Both the position numbers and the translations under genes were made by a program. Positions 15,749-25,683 of a stretch of 49,294 bases of DNA are shown here, piece by piece. The notes below the pieces were generated by a model, which was not told the DNA's origin, did not search any database, and was given only the letters and a program-made list of their open reading frames with translations. Source of the DNA: a bacterium (GTDB lineage: Bacteria > Arandabacterota > Arandabacteria > Arandabacterales > JALGWA01); the NCBI GenBank assembly GCA_050125095.1, contig JASFEA010000004.1:1-49294 (forward strand), given 5' to 3'. Each line of letters starts with the position of its first letter. Position 1 is the stretch's first letter.

Positions 15749-17578
15749 ATGGACCTGAGAAAAGAACTGACACTGCTGGACGTGTTCTGCATAGCGAGCG
15801 GGGCGATGATCAGCTCGGGTCTCTTCATATTGCCCGGTATCGCCCATGCCGTTGCCGGACCTGCAGTGGTTTTTTCTTATTTCATTGCCGGGCTGCTGGC
15901 GGCGACGGGCATGTTGAGCCAGGCCGAGCTGGTCTCGGCGATGCCCAAGGCCGGAGGAACGTACTTCTATGTAACGCGGACGCTCGGTCCCGCCGTCGGG
16001 ACGGTCGACGGGCTGATCACCTGGTTCTCCATTACCTTGAAGAGCGCTTTCGCGCTCGTCGGAATGGCGGCCTTCGCCCGGGTGCTCTTCGACATCAATA
16101 TGCAGGCCGTAGCAACGGCGCTCTGCGTATTCTTTGTCCTCGTTAACTTAATCGGCGTCAAACAGGCGAGCAGGACCCAGGTGGCGCTTGTGCTGGGCCT
16201 GCTCGCCGTTCTCGTGTTCTACGCCACGCGAGGATTCCCCGAAGTGCGGGTGCAGAACCTGGAGCCGTTCGCCCCCGGCGGCACGTCAGCCATCTTCCTT
16301 ACGGCGGGAATGGTGTTCGTTTCATACGGCGGCCTTCTCAAAGTTGCGAGCATAGCCGAGGAGATCAAAGACCCGGGCCGCACTATACCTTTGGCGATGA
16401 TACTGTCGCTTGTAATCGTGGGGCTTCTCTATATGCTGGTGGTGCTGGTTACGACGGGCGTGCTTGACGCAAACCTGCTAGATCACTCGCCCACGCCTAT
16501 CTCGGACGGAGCGGAGGCGTTCATGGGCCGGTCCGGTTGGATAGTCATGGGTATCGCGGCGCTTCTCGCCTTCATATCGACCGCGAACGCGGGCATCATG
16601 GCGGCTTCGCGCTATCCCCTGGCCCTGAGCCGCGACGGTCTGCTTCCGGAATTCCTGAGGAAAATCCACCCCAGATTCAAGACGCCCTATGTCTCGATTC
16701 TAATAACGGGCGGTCTCATGATCCTTGCGCTCTTTATGAAACTCAACACGCTTGTGAAGGCGGCTTCCACGGTTCTCATTATCACGTATACTTTCTCATG
16801 CCTTGCAGTCATCATCCTCAGGGAGAGCCGAATCCAGAACTACCGGCCGCGGTTCCGGGTGCCGCTCTACCCGGCGATTCAGATCGTAGGAGTGGCGGGT
16901 TTCATGTTCCTGCTCTACCAGATGGGCCGGGCCTCGCTTTTCTCGAGCCTTGGCATAATCGGGACCGGGGTCGTTGTGTACTGGGTGTACGGTCGTGGCA
17001 GGACGATCCGCGAATTCGCGCTTCTCCATCTCATCGAGCGGATAACCGCGAAGGAAATCACGACCAGATGTCTTGAGACCGAGCTTAAGGACATTATCCG
17101 CGAGCGCGACGACATAACCAAGGACAGGTTTGACCGGGTAATTGAGGAGAGCATGGTGCTCGATATCGACGAGACGATGGATGTCGAGCCGTTCTTCAAG
17201 ATTGTCTCGGAGGCCATGTCCGGGCACCTCCGCCTGATGCCGGATGATATTCTGCATGCGATTCACGAGCGGGAGAAGCAGAGCAGTACTGTGCTCCGTC
17301 CCGGCCTGGCGATACCGCATATAGTCGTCGAGGGCGAGAAGACTTTCGACATACTGCTGGCGCGGTCGAAGGGCGGTGTCTATTTCTCCGAAGACGCCCC
17401 GCACGTTCACGCCATATTCGTGCTCGTCGGCACGCGGGACGAGCGCAACTTCCACCTGAGATCCCTCTCGGCCATAGCCCAGATAGTCCAGGACCCGGGT
17501 TTCGAGGAGAAGTGGATGGCCGCGGAGAGCACGGAGGAACTCCGGGACATCGTTCTTCTGGGCGAACGCAGACGCTAG
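15749..17578 (+). CDS. APC-family amino acid permease fused to a C-terminal PTS EIIA type-2 domain
   Basis: GAMISSGLFILPG, AELVSAMPKAGGTYFY, EEIKDPGRTIP, LSRDGLLP; C-terminal EREKQSSTVLRPGLAIPH. Confidence 0.88.
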   Translation: MDLRKELTLLDVFCIASGAMISSGLFILPGIAHAVAGPAVVFSYFIAGLLAATGMLSQAELVSAMPKAGGTYFYVTRTLGPAVGTVDGLITWFSITLKSAFALVGMAAFARVLFDINMQAVATALCVFFVLVNLIGVKQASRTQVALVLGLLAVLVFYATRGFPEVRVQNLEPFAPGGTSAIFLTAGMVFVSYGGLLKVASIAEEIKDPGRTIPLAMILSLVIVGLLYMLVVLVTTGVLDANLLDHSPTPISDGAEAFMGRSGWIVMGIAALLAFISTANAGIMAASRYPLALSRDGLLPEFLRKIHPRFKTPYVSILITGGLMILALFMKLNTLVKAASTVLIITYTFSCLAVIILRESRIQNYRPRFRVPLYPAIQIVGVAGFMFLLYQMGRASLFSSLGIIGTGVVVYWVYGRGRTIREFALLHLIERITAKEITTRCLETELKDIIRERDDITKDRFDRVIEESMVLDIDETMDVEPFFKIVSEAMSGHLRLMPDDILHAIHEREKQSSTVLRPGLAIPHIVVEGEKTFDILLARSKGGVYFSEDAPHVHAIFVLVGTRDERNFHLRSLSAIAQIVQDPGFEEKWMAAESTEELRDIVLLGERRR

Positions 17579-17803
17579 CACCGGCACTCTCCCCGACATG
17601 TCACGGGACTTGCTCGACGGTATACATCGCGGCTCCCCGGCAGTGGAATGCTTCTTGCAGTTGAGACGGGCGTCGACCACGTTTCCAGGTCGCCGCCTGG
17701 CGCGCTGATGTCATATATCTGTCTATCTCCAATAATGTCATTGAATTAGATATGTGTGTGCGGTATGCTACAATAAGTGGGCAATACCTGAAAGGAGAGA
17801 CCC

Positions 17804-18949
17804 GTGCAAAAGAGTGGTCATCACGCTGCAGTTCTCATGGTCTGCCTCGTCTGCACAACTGCGTTTACCTGCGCATCCGCATGGGCGGAGGCTATCATCA
17901 TCACGCATGCCTGCACGGACACGTCGGCCATTCCCAGGGCGTGGGTCGACGCCGCCCAGGCCGGCATCAGGATGCACTACGCCCATACTTCGCATGGGGG
18001 CCAGCTCACCACGGGGCTCAGCCGCATCGAGTCGGGCGATGCCGCCTACAGCGTGGCCATCGGCTACTCCTCGCTTCCCGTGGAGGCGGGCGCCCTCTGC
18101 ATATTCGACGGACAGGAGCATGACACTTACATTACCCCGGACGAGTACTGGGAGACGGAAACCGGCCTCAATTACACCCGGGACGTTCTGAATAGCAACC
18201 CCACCATCAATGTATCGATGTGGTCCTGGTGCACACAGCTCAACTATTACAGCCAGGCGCAGTGCCAGGACTACATAGACGCCATATCGCTGCTGGAAAG
18301 CGAGTACCCCGGCGTCAGGTTTGTATACATGACATGCAATGCGCAGGCCACCGGGAGCAGCGGCTACAACAGGTATGTAAATAATGAGATGATTCGCCAG
18401 CACTGCTCCGGTAACGACCGCGTGCTCTTCGACTTCGCCGACCTGGACGCCTGGTGGTACAATCCGTCGACGGGGTGGGAGTTCTCTTCATATGAATACG
18501 ACTCAACCGATGTTCCCGTGGAGCACCCCCAGTTTAACGGCAACGAGTCCGGCCACACGACCTATGAAAGCTGCGAGCAGAAGGGGAAGGCGGTGTGGTG
18601 GCTGGTTGCCAGGCTGGCCGGCTGGCAGGTTGACAGCGCTTCTGTCGAGCCCCGCATGCCGGATGAAATGCCCGATGTCGCACTACACGGCGCTGAGCCC
18701 AATCCTTTCAGCACAACCACGGCGATCAGGTTCTCGGCTCCCCCGGCCGGCCGGGCGGCGTTGAGGATATACAATGTCGCCGGGCAGTGCATGCGCACGG
18801 TCGCAGATGGCTGCGGCGCCGGCCCGCAGGCCGTCATATGGGACGGCCGAGACGACGCCGGACGCGCCGTGCCGACCGGGGTCTATTTCGTCGGCCTGTG
18901 CTGCGGCGATGAGATTGCGGACGTCGAGAAGCTGGTTGTCCTCAGGTAG
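17804..18949 (+). CDS. Secreted protein with uncharacterised N-terminal domain and C-terminal FlgD-Ig-like (putative sorting) domain
   Basis: Signal peptide ending ASAWA; HTSHGGQ, WSWC and DFADL motifs; C-terminal PNPF...IYNVAG...[17 protein letters not shown]. Confidence 0.8.
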   Translation: MQKSGHHAAVLMVCLVCTTAFTCASAWAEAIIITHACTDTSAIPRAWVDAAQAGIRMHYAHTSHGGQLTTGLSRIESGDAAYSVAIGYSSLPVEAGALCIFDGQEHDTYITPDEYWETETGLNYTRDVLNSNPTINVSMWSWCTQLNYYSQAQCQDYIDAISLLESEYPGVRFVYMTCNAQATGSSGYNRYVNNEMIRQHCSGNDRVLFDFADLDAWWYNPSTGWEFSSYEYDSTDVPVEHPQFNGNESGHTTYESCEQKGKAVWWLVARLAGWQVDSASVEPRMPDEMPDVALHGAEPNPFSTTTAIRFSAPPAGRAALRIYNVAGQCMRTVADGCGAGPQAVIWDGRDDAGRAVPTGVYFVGLCCGDEIADVEKLVVLR

Positions 18950-19040
18950 GAGCCGGACCAGAAGGCCATTGAATTTGGGGCGAGGAGCCTGTACACTCAC
19001 CCCGGCAATCTAAATCCGCTTACCCGGGGTATGACCATCT

Positions 19041-19847
19041 GTGCAAACCGGCCGCGATTGTGCAGACTATTTCATCGATGAGGCCGAATTCGGCGCTCTT
19101 GCCGACTGGCTGGGGGAGGCCCCCGAGACGGTGATCCCGGCACATAGCCTCCGCCGCCGGTTGTGCAGGGCATTTGCCCTTGGCGAAGCACCGCATTATG
19201 AAGCTGCCGTGATCCGGCTCGACTGCGCGCCCAGAGAGCCTATGGTCTTCGGGAGCGACCCTCAGGCGCTCTTCGAGATGCTGCGATATGTTGAGGATTG
19301 GGATAGTATCAATGTAAATGAAGAGATTGCGCAGGAACTTGCGCATATCATCGAAAAGCACGGGGGGGCGAAAGTCCTTTGCACCAGCGACCTCTATTAT
19401 GCGCTCAACGGGCCGGCCACCGACTTCAGGCACCATGACGTCCGCGAGCTGGTCCCCGACGACGTCGCTCTTCTCGAAGCCGCTCCGCCCGAGCTCCGGG
19501 GCTGTGGTTTCCGCACGAGCCTGGAGATGCTTGAAGAAGGCGTGGTCGCCTGCGGGCTCATCTCAGGCAGGGTGATTGCAATCGGGCATACCAGCGCAAT
19601 GAGCGGGGGATACGCCGACATAGGCGTATACACTTTGCCTGACTGGCGGGGCCGCGGATTCGCTACGGCCTGCGCGTCCATGGTCGCCAATCGAGTGCAG
19701 AGCATGGGCCTCACGCCGGTATGGAGCACAAGCGATGACAACCCAGTGTCGATTAAGATTGCAGAGAAGATCGGTTTTGAGAGAGTATCAAGGAGGGGCT
19801 TCCTGGTCCCCGGGCCGCAGCGCGGGGATGGAGACACGGAGGTTTGA
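19041..19847 (+). CDS. GNAT family N-acetyltransferase
   Basis: IGVYTLPDWRGRGFA acetyl-CoA motif, NPVSIKIAEKIGF. Confidence 0.85.
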   Translation: MQTGRDCADYFIDEAEFGALADWLGEAPETVIPAHSLRRRLCRAFALGEAPHYEAAVIRLDCAPREPMVFGSDPQALFEMLRYVEDWDSINVNEEIAQELAHIIEKHGGAKVLCTSDLYYALNGPATDFRHHDVRELVPDDVALLEAAPPELRGCGFRTSLEMLEEGVVACGLISGRVIAIGHTSAMSGGYADIGVYTLPDWRGRGFATACASMVANRVQSMGLTPVWSTSDDNPVSIKIAEKIGFERVSRRGFLVPGPQRGDGDTEV

Positions 19848-19848
19848 G

Positions 19849-20628
19849 ATGAACAGGCAGGGCAGAGAAGGAGACGGCCGGGGTGACGCCTATGAAGGAT
19901 TCGCCGACCGCTACGATCTCTTCTTCGGGCATTTCGAAGCTCACAGCCCCCAGCTCAGCACTTTTTATAAGAAGGTCTTCGAGGACAACGGCGTGAAGCG
20001 CGTGCTGGATTGCGCATGCGGGACGGGCCGCCACCTGTTCTTGTTTCACAAGCTCGGTTTCGAGGTTGTGGGCTCGGACGTATCGCCGGCAATGCTGGCG
20101 CAGGCGCGCCGGAATCTGGGTGAACGCGACATCGACATACCGCTCAGGCACATCGATTATCGCGAGCTGCCTGAGAACTTCGGTGAGAAGTTCGACGCCG
20201 TGGTCTGCCTGACCAGCGCCATCTGCGAGATGCCGGACTCGTTGCAGATGCTCCAGGCTTTCAAGAGCATGCGCGGCGTTCTGCGCGGCCGCGGCGTGCT
20301 CATCCTGTCCCAGGGAACGAGCGACAAGCAATGGGCGGAGAAACCGAGGTTCATACTTGTTGACGACACCAGGGACTTCACGCGGCTCTTCGTTATCGAC
20401 TACTTCGACAACGGGGCGCGCTATAATGTCGTGGATATATTCCACGAGGGCGAGGAAGGCCGCGTCGAAGCCTGGGGTATTGACTATCCAAACCTCGTTT
20501 TCAGGGACGGACAGGAAGACCTGCTCAAGTCGGCCGGCTTCCGCGGCGTGGAGTTTTACGGGTCGTACGCTTTCGAGCCCTATTCCAAAAAGACCAGCAG
20601 CCACCTTATAACCGTTGCCTATGCCTAG
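19849..20628 (+). CDS. Class I SAM-dependent methyltransferase
   Basis: RVLDCACGTG, GSDVSPAML, FDAVVCL; ATG 19849 after GGAGG. Confidence 0.88.
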   Translation: MNRQGREGDGRGDAYEGFADRYDLFFGHFEAHSPQLSTFYKKVFEDNGVKRVLDCACGTGRHLFLFHKLGFEVVGSDVSPAMLAQARRNLGERDIDIPLRHIDYRELPENFGEKFDAVVCLTSAICEMPDSLQMLQAFKSMRGVLRGRGVLILSQGTSDKQWAEKPRFILVDDTRDFTRLFVIDYFDNGARYNVVDIFHEGEEGRVEAWGIDYPNLVFRDGQEDLLKSAGFRGVEFYGSYAFEPYSKKTSSHLITVAYA

Positions 20629-20655
20629 GGATTCCTGGCCGGTTTCCTCCCTGGC

Positions 20656-20723
20656 AGTGCATCCTCAGACCGGACCCCACTTGAGCTGGCCTCACCTGAA
20701 TGTGCATCTTAAGACCTGACCCC
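20656..20723 (+). repeat. Direct pair of 23-bp repeats (degenerate 20656-20678; 20701-20723)
   Basis: AGTGCATCCTCAGACCGGACCCC and TGTGCATCTTAAGACCTGACCCC (19/23 identical), 22 bp apart; same family as 11008 and 49010. Confidence 0.75.
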
Positions 20724-20810
20724 AATGCCTAGATTCTTGTGGCGGACGGCGTGCCGACCTGCTATAAACGTTGGAGTGGCAACTCGGCTATTCCAATGAA
20801 TCGAGGACAT

Positions 20811-22319
20811 ATGAATCTCACCGAGCTCATAGAGAGATTCCCTTCGGACGAGGGCCTCTGCAACCAGCCGAGGCCTTATTTCAATCATTCAATTGAGATG
20901 AAATCCGTTTTCACGGCCGCAGAGAGGGCGGAGATGCTGGAGAGCGTCGGCCTCAACGTCTTCTATTTCCCCTCCGAGATGATAACCGGCTGCGACCTTC
21001 TTTCGGACTCGGGCACCACGGCCATGACCAATGAGCAATGGGCGGCTCTTCACCTGGGCGACGAGTCCTACGGGTCCAACAAGGGCTACTTCATGCTGGC
21101 CGACCAGATCCGCGAGACATTCGGCGAGGCCTTCTTCTCGAGCCCAGGCGGCGGCGGGCCCAACGCCTTCATTTTCCACCAGGGAAGGCCCAGCGAGGAC
21201 GCGCTGTTCAACATTCTGAGCCGCGTGGGCTCCGGCATGGTGATCCCTTCCAACGGCCACTTCGATACGACGCAGGCAAACATCGAGGCCAATAACATCC
21301 AGGCCCTTAACCTCTTCGCGCCCGAGCTCAAGGACCATGATTCGGACTTCCATTTCAAGGGCAATATCAACATCGAGAGGCTCAAGGGGCTCCTTGAGAA
21401 GGAGAGCGACAGGGTGCCGGTGGTGTTCATAACCATCACCAACAACACGGGCGGAGGCCAGCCCGTATCCCTTGCGAATATCGCGGAAGCCAGTGAGATA
21501 GCGCATTCATACGATATCCCCATCTTCTTCGACGCCTGCCGGTTCGCCGAGAACGCCTGGTTCATAAAGCAGTATGAAAAAGGCTATGAGAACAAGTATG
21601 TCTGGGACATCGTAAAAGAGATGTTCTCCTACGTCGACGGCTTCACCATGAGCTTCAAGAAGGACGGCCTCTCCAACATGGGCGGTGGGCTCTTCCTGAG
21701 GGAGGACGGCTATTTCATACGCCGCTATCCGGACATACCGGACGCTCTTTTCAACTACCAGGTCATGAAGGAAGGGCATCCCACATACGGCGGTCTCGCG
21801 GGCCGCGAGATAATGGCGCTGGTCGTTGGGCTTCGCACCGTGACCCAGGAGAAGTACCTCACACACAGGGTAAACCAGGTCCAGATGTTCGGACAGGCCA
21901 TGGTGGAGCGCGGCATCCCCATCCTCACCCCCGCCGGCGGCCATGCCATATATCTTGACGTCAACGAGTTCTTCCAGGGGACTTCGCTCGAGCCCGGAGA
22001 CTTCGCGGGCATTTCGTTTACTGCTCTCCTCCTCGCCGGCTACGGGCACAGGGCATGCGAGCTCGGCAACTTCGCGCTGGGCTCTTATGACGAGGAGACC
22101 GGCAAGACAAGGCTGCCGGAGGTCAACTTCGTCCGCTTCGCCATACCGCGGCTGAGGTATGAGAGGCAGGACCTGGACTCGGTTGTAGAGGCGGTGCAGA
22201 GCCTTCATAAGAACCGCGACAAGATCCCCGCGGTGGAAGTCACGCATGGCAGGGAACTCAGCCTTCGCCACTTCAAGGCGCGCTTCAAGTTCCGCGCGGG
22301 CAAAGGTAAGCAGAAATGA
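20811..22319 (+). CDS. tnaA: Tryptophanase/tyrosine phenol-lyase family PLP-dependent beta-eliminating lyase
   Basis: DLLSDSGT, GDESY, HQGR..E, TITNNTGGGQPVS, DACRFAEN, SFKKDG (PLP Lys), EGHPTYGGLAGRE; substrate (Trp vs Tyr) not certain; ATG 20811 after GAGGA. Confidence 0.8.
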   Translation: MNLTELIERFPSDEGLCNQPRPYFNHSIEMKSVFTAAERAEMLESVGLNVFYFPSEMITGCDLLSDSGTTAMTNEQWAALHLGDESYGSNKGYFMLADQIRETFGEAFFSSPGGGGPNAFIFHQGRPSEDALFNILSRVGSGMVIPSNGHFDTTQANIEANNIQALNLFAPELKDHDSDFHFKGNINIERLKGLLEKESDRVPVVFITITNNTGGGQPVSLANIAEASEIAHSYDIPIFFDACRFAENAWFIKQYEKGYENKYVWDIVKEMFSYVDGFTMSFKKDGLSNMGGGLFLREDGYFIRRYPDIPDALFNYQVMKEGHPTYGGLAGREIMALVVGLRTVTQEKYLTHRVNQVQMFGQAMVERGIPILTPAGGHAIYLDVNEFFQGTSLEPGDFAGISFTALLLAGYGHRACELGNFALGSYDEETGKTRLPEVNFVRFAIPRLRYERQDLDSVVEAVQSLHKNRDKIPAVEVTHGRELSLRHFKARFKFRAGKGKQK

Positions 22320-22633
22320 AAGACACGGTCGACCGTATTCTCAAAGCCGAGGCCCGGGCCAAGAAGATAATCGAGGAAGCCAGGGCGGAGGGGAAGCGCA
22401 TCGTCGACGAAGCCAGGGCCGGCAGGGCGGAGACCCTGGAGAAAGCGCGGGAAGAGGCGCGGGCCCGGGCGCGTGAGGACCTGGAGAAAGCGAAGGCTGA
22501 TGCCAGGCAGGAAGGCGAGAAGATCATCGAAGGGGCCCGGAAACGGGCCCGGTTGATTATAGAGGGCGCTACACTGAAGGACCACGGCCTGATCGAAACA
22601 AGCATAAACAAGATTGGTGGGCTGGAGCCGTGA
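22316..22633 (+). CDS. V/A-type ATPase peripheral stalk subunit G/H
   Basis: 105-aa charged coiled coil (AEARAKKIIEEARAE) at the head of the ATPase operon. Confidence 0.75.
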   Translation: MKDTVDRILKAEARAKKIIEEARAEGKRIVDEARAGRAETLEKAREEARARAREDLEKAKADARQEGEKIIEGARKRARLIIEGATLKDHGLIETSINKIGGLEP

Positions 22634-23670
22634 GATCTCTGGCGCGATACGCGGTCACCAACGCAGTCACCCGGACGATGCTCTCCGAGCTCCTCAAGCC
22701 CGGGGACTTCGAGGCCATTGTGCGCGCCGGCTCCATAGAGGAGGCGCTGACTGCGCTTGCCCGCACGTCCTATGGTGACTACATCCCGGAGGACGTCAAG
22801 GCCAACGAGCTCGCCATCGAGAAGGCGCTGCGGGAAGTGACCGCTCACCGCTTCAAGCGGGCGATAAGGCATCTCACGGGGAGCCCCGCGGAGGTGGGGA
22901 AGATGCTGCTGTCGCGCTGGGAGCTCGATAATCTCGAGTTCGCGCTCAGGCTGTGGCACGGGAAAGACACGTCACTCGATGAGTACATCTCTTATCCTTC
23001 CTTTGTTCACGACATTCCCGTCTATGAGATAACGGCCGCCGAGTCAATCGATGAGATAGCCCTTGCGCTGAGACACACTCCATATATAGAGCCTGTGGTT
23101 TCGAGTTCGAGTGCCTACAAGACGCGCAGGTCCATATTCTACGTGGAGGTGGCCCTCGAGGCCGACTACTATGCGCGGCTTCTCGGCGCCATCGCGGCGC
23201 TGGGCGGCGCCGACAGGGCCGATGGGGAGCGGTTGATCGCCGCTGAAATCGACCTCCTCAATCTGTCCTGGCTCGCCAGGCTGGTCCAGTATTACGACAT
23301 GCGCGACGCCGAGGTGCATGAGTTCATGATACCGGGCCCTTCGCAGATATCGAAGCGGTTGTCGGCTCCCGGTCATGCCGGTGACGCGCTTAAAGACATC
23401 AGTTCCGAACTCCTTCAGGGAAGGACGCCGGGGGGCGGGGGCCCCGCCCTCAGCCTTGAGAGGCTCTCCCTATTAGAACATGTGGTGGGCGAGATGAGCA
23501 TTGCCACCGCCCGGGCTCTGATGGCGGGGTATCCGTTCAGGATCACCAGCACTCTGGCTTTCTATATTCTCATACGCATCGAGCTTAAGAACCTCTTCAC
23601 CATATTCGTAGGCAAGACGAGCGGTATGAACGAGACTGAGATAATGAATAGGCTCTTCGGCCTGGGATAG
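22630..23670 (+). CDS. ntpC: V/A-type ATPase subunit C (d)
   Basis: 346 aa; YAVTNAVTRTM, EIDLLNL, EL.NL motifs; operon position. Confidence 0.85.
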   Translation: MRSLARYAVTNAVTRTMLSELLKPGDFEAIVRAGSIEEALTALARTSYGDYIPEDVKANELAIEKALREVTAHRFKRAIRHLTGSPAEVGKMLLSRWELDNLEFALRLWHGKDTSLDEYISYPSFVHDIPVYEITAAESIDEIALALRHTPYIEPVVSSSSAYKTRRSIFYVEVALEADYYARLLGAIAALGGADRADGERLIAAEIDLLNLSWLARLVQYYDMRDAEVHEFMIPGPSQISKRLSAPGHAGDALKDISSELLQGRTPGGGGPALSLERLSLLEHVVGEMSIATARALMAGYPFRITSTLAFYILIRIELKNLFTIFVGKTSGMNETEIMNRLFGLG

Positions 23671-23676
23671 GAGACT

Positions 23677-25683
23677 ATGCTGGTTCCCGAGAGGATGAAG
23701 CGCATGAGCATCGCGATCCTCAAGCAGGACATGGAGCCCGTGCTTGAGGAGATCGCGAAGGCCGGGGTGCTTCATCTGACAAGGATAGAGGAGATAGACG
23801 AATGGGCCGCGGATCTTGAGTCCGTGGGAGTCGGGAAGCTGTCGACCGAGTATGTCAAGAGGCAGCGAAGGCTGAGAGACCTGCTCGAGCAGGTGGCGCC
23901 CCGCGCAATTGCGGCGACCGGGGAGGACGGCGGGGGCGGAGGAGACGTCGGCATCGTCGAGATCTCGGAGATAGACCGTGAGACAGCCGCCATCGAGAAA
24001 GACCTCGAGCCGATCCTGGAGGCCAGAAGAGAGCTCACTGAAAAACTGGCGAGTCTCAAGCATTTCAGGGTCCAGGTGGAGACAATAGCCCCTTCCGGCC
24101 TGCCACTGACCGGACTTGAGCGGTCCACGCTCCTTGCCAGCGCGGTGGGTGCGGTTGACGAGAAAGCCCTGCCGGCCCTGTCCGAGAAATTGAGCGATAT
24201 TCCGTCAGCGGTCCTGCCTTTCAACAGGTCGGACGCGAGCGTGGACGTGGTGGTCATAGTCCTCAAGAGGAACAGGGATATTATGAACCGCGCGCTGCGC
24301 GACGTGGGATTCAAGGCAATCGAGGTTCCGGACAGCCTGAAGCATGTCTCCACGGATATGGTAAATAAGGTGAACCGGGACATAGAGAGAGTGGAGGAGG
24401 AGCTTGAAGAAGTCGGCCTCAACCTGGATGCGTCTTCCGAGGAGGCGGTGCCCAGGCTTCTTGCTCTTCTCAAGAAGGTCGAGGCGGCAATACTTCTCAC
24501 CAGGATAAAGCACTACTGCAAGCTCACTGAGAAAACCGCCGTCTTCTCAGGATGGGTACCGGGCGACGGGTCGGACGCCCTCGCGGCCCGCATACGGGAG
24601 AGAACCGGGGGAAAGGTCGTCATCGAGATTGCAGACGCGGAGTCCATACGCAAGGTGCGCGAGGGCAGGGTGGACGTCCCCGTGCTTCTCAAGAACCCTT
24701 CGCTACTCAAGCCCTTCCAGTTGCTGGTCTCGGGATACGGCATGCCGTCTTACAATACGGTCGACCCCACTCTCTTCGTGGCCATCACCTTTCTTACCAT
24801 GTTCGGAATGATGTTCGGCGACGTGGGCCACGGTCTCGTTCTGCTGGTGGCGGGCATCGCGGCCTCGTTGAGGTCGGCGCGATTCAGGGACGTCGGCAGG
24901 CTGGTGGCGGCATGCGGCGGCTCATCCATCGTCTTCGGCTTCTTATACGGGAGTTTCTTCGGCCTCGAAAGCCTCATTCCGACCATATGGGTGAAGCCGC
25001 TCGAGGGCATCACGGACCTCTTCAAGTTCTCGATAGGGTTCGGAGTGGTTGTCGTGAGCCTGGGCATAGTGCTCAACATAGTAAACTCTCTGAAGGCGCA
25101 CTCCTTTGTGGAGGACTTCTTCGACAAGTCCGGGCCGCTCGTGGGGATAATCTACTGGTCGGGCATCGGCATAACTGTGACTTTCCTGATGTCCTCAGGC
25201 GGGTTTCCACATCCTGTGGTCTTATTCGGCCTGTTCGTCCTGCCCATCTGCCTCTTTTTCCTGAAAGGTCCGATTCTGAAGGCATTGGGCAAGCGCAAGG
25301 CCGCTTTTCCTGAAGGGCCCGGCACATACGTTATGGAAGGTGTTATCGAAGTACTCGAGATCCTCATGGGATATCTGGCCAATACGGTCTCGTTCATCCG
25401 TGTCGCCGCTTTCGGCCTCGCGCATGCCGGTCTCTTTGTGGCGGTCTTCAGTCTGGCCGAGCTCGTGGCCGAGAAACCCGGAGGTCTGGTGGTTTCATAT
25501 ATCGTCCTCATTCTGGGGAATATCCTCATCATATTGCTGGAGGGGCTTGTCGTGACGATTCAGGCCATGCGACTCGAGTACTATGAGTTTTTCAGCAAGT
25601 TCTTCAGGCCCGCGAAGGCCGAATACAAACCCGTTTTCATGGGCAAATTCGTAGGAACGGACAATGTGAAAGGTGGTGGATAG
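23677..25683 (+). CDS. ntpI: V/A-type ATPase subunit I (a)
   Basis: DPT...FGMMFGDVGHG, NTVSFIRVAAFGLAH (essential Arg), IQAMRLEYYEFFSKF. Confidence 0.95.
   Translation: MLVPERMKRMSIAILKQDMEPVLEEIAKAGVLHLTRIEEIDEWAADLESVGVGKLSTEYVKRQRRLRDLLEQVAPRAIAATGEDGGGGGDVGIVEISEIDRETAAIEKDLEPILEARRELTEKLASLKHFRVQVETIAPSGLPLTGLERSTLLASAVGAVDEKALPALSEKLSDIPSAVLPFNRSDASVDVVVIVLKRNRDIMNRALRDVGFKAIEVPDSLKHVSTDMVNKVNRDIERVEEELEEVGLNLDASSEEAVPRLLALLKKVEAAILLTRIKHYCKLTEKTAVFSGWVPGDGSDALAARIRERTGGKVVIEIADAESIRKVREGRVDVPVLLKNPSLLKPFQLLVSGYGMPSYNTVDPTLFVAITFLTMFGMMFGDVGHGLVLLVAGIAASLRSARFRDVGRLVAACGGSSIVFGFLYGSFFGLESLIPTIWVKPLEGITDLFKFSIGFGVVVVSLGIVLNIVNSLKAHSFVEDFFDKSGPLVGIIYWSGIGITVTFLMSSGGFPHPVVLFGLFVLPICLFFLKGPILKALGKRKAAFPEGPGTYVMEGVIEVLEILMGYLANTVSFIRVAAFGLAHAGLFVAVFSLAELVAEKPGGLVVSYIVLILGNILIILLEGLVVTIQAMRLEYYEFFSKFFRPAKAEYKPVFMGKFVGTDNVKGGG

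Noticed and set aside
7609-17744. Shared 12-mer TAATGTCATTGA upstream of sat (minus, 7609-7620) and at 17733-17744
   Set aside because: A single AT-rich 12-mer match among intergenic regions is compatible with chance, and the genes are functionally unrelated
20656-20723. Repeat-spacer-repeat resembling a mini-CRISPR
   Set aside because: Only two degenerate copies with a 22-bp gap; the same unit occurs elsewhere with no or shorter gaps, so it is a dispersed repeat
11008-20723. Tn3-family transposon (GGGG-starting inverted ends)
   Set aside because: No transposase or resolvase, the repeats are 23 bp rather than ~38 bp, and there is no 5-bp target duplication; kept only as a weak cargo-block hypothesis
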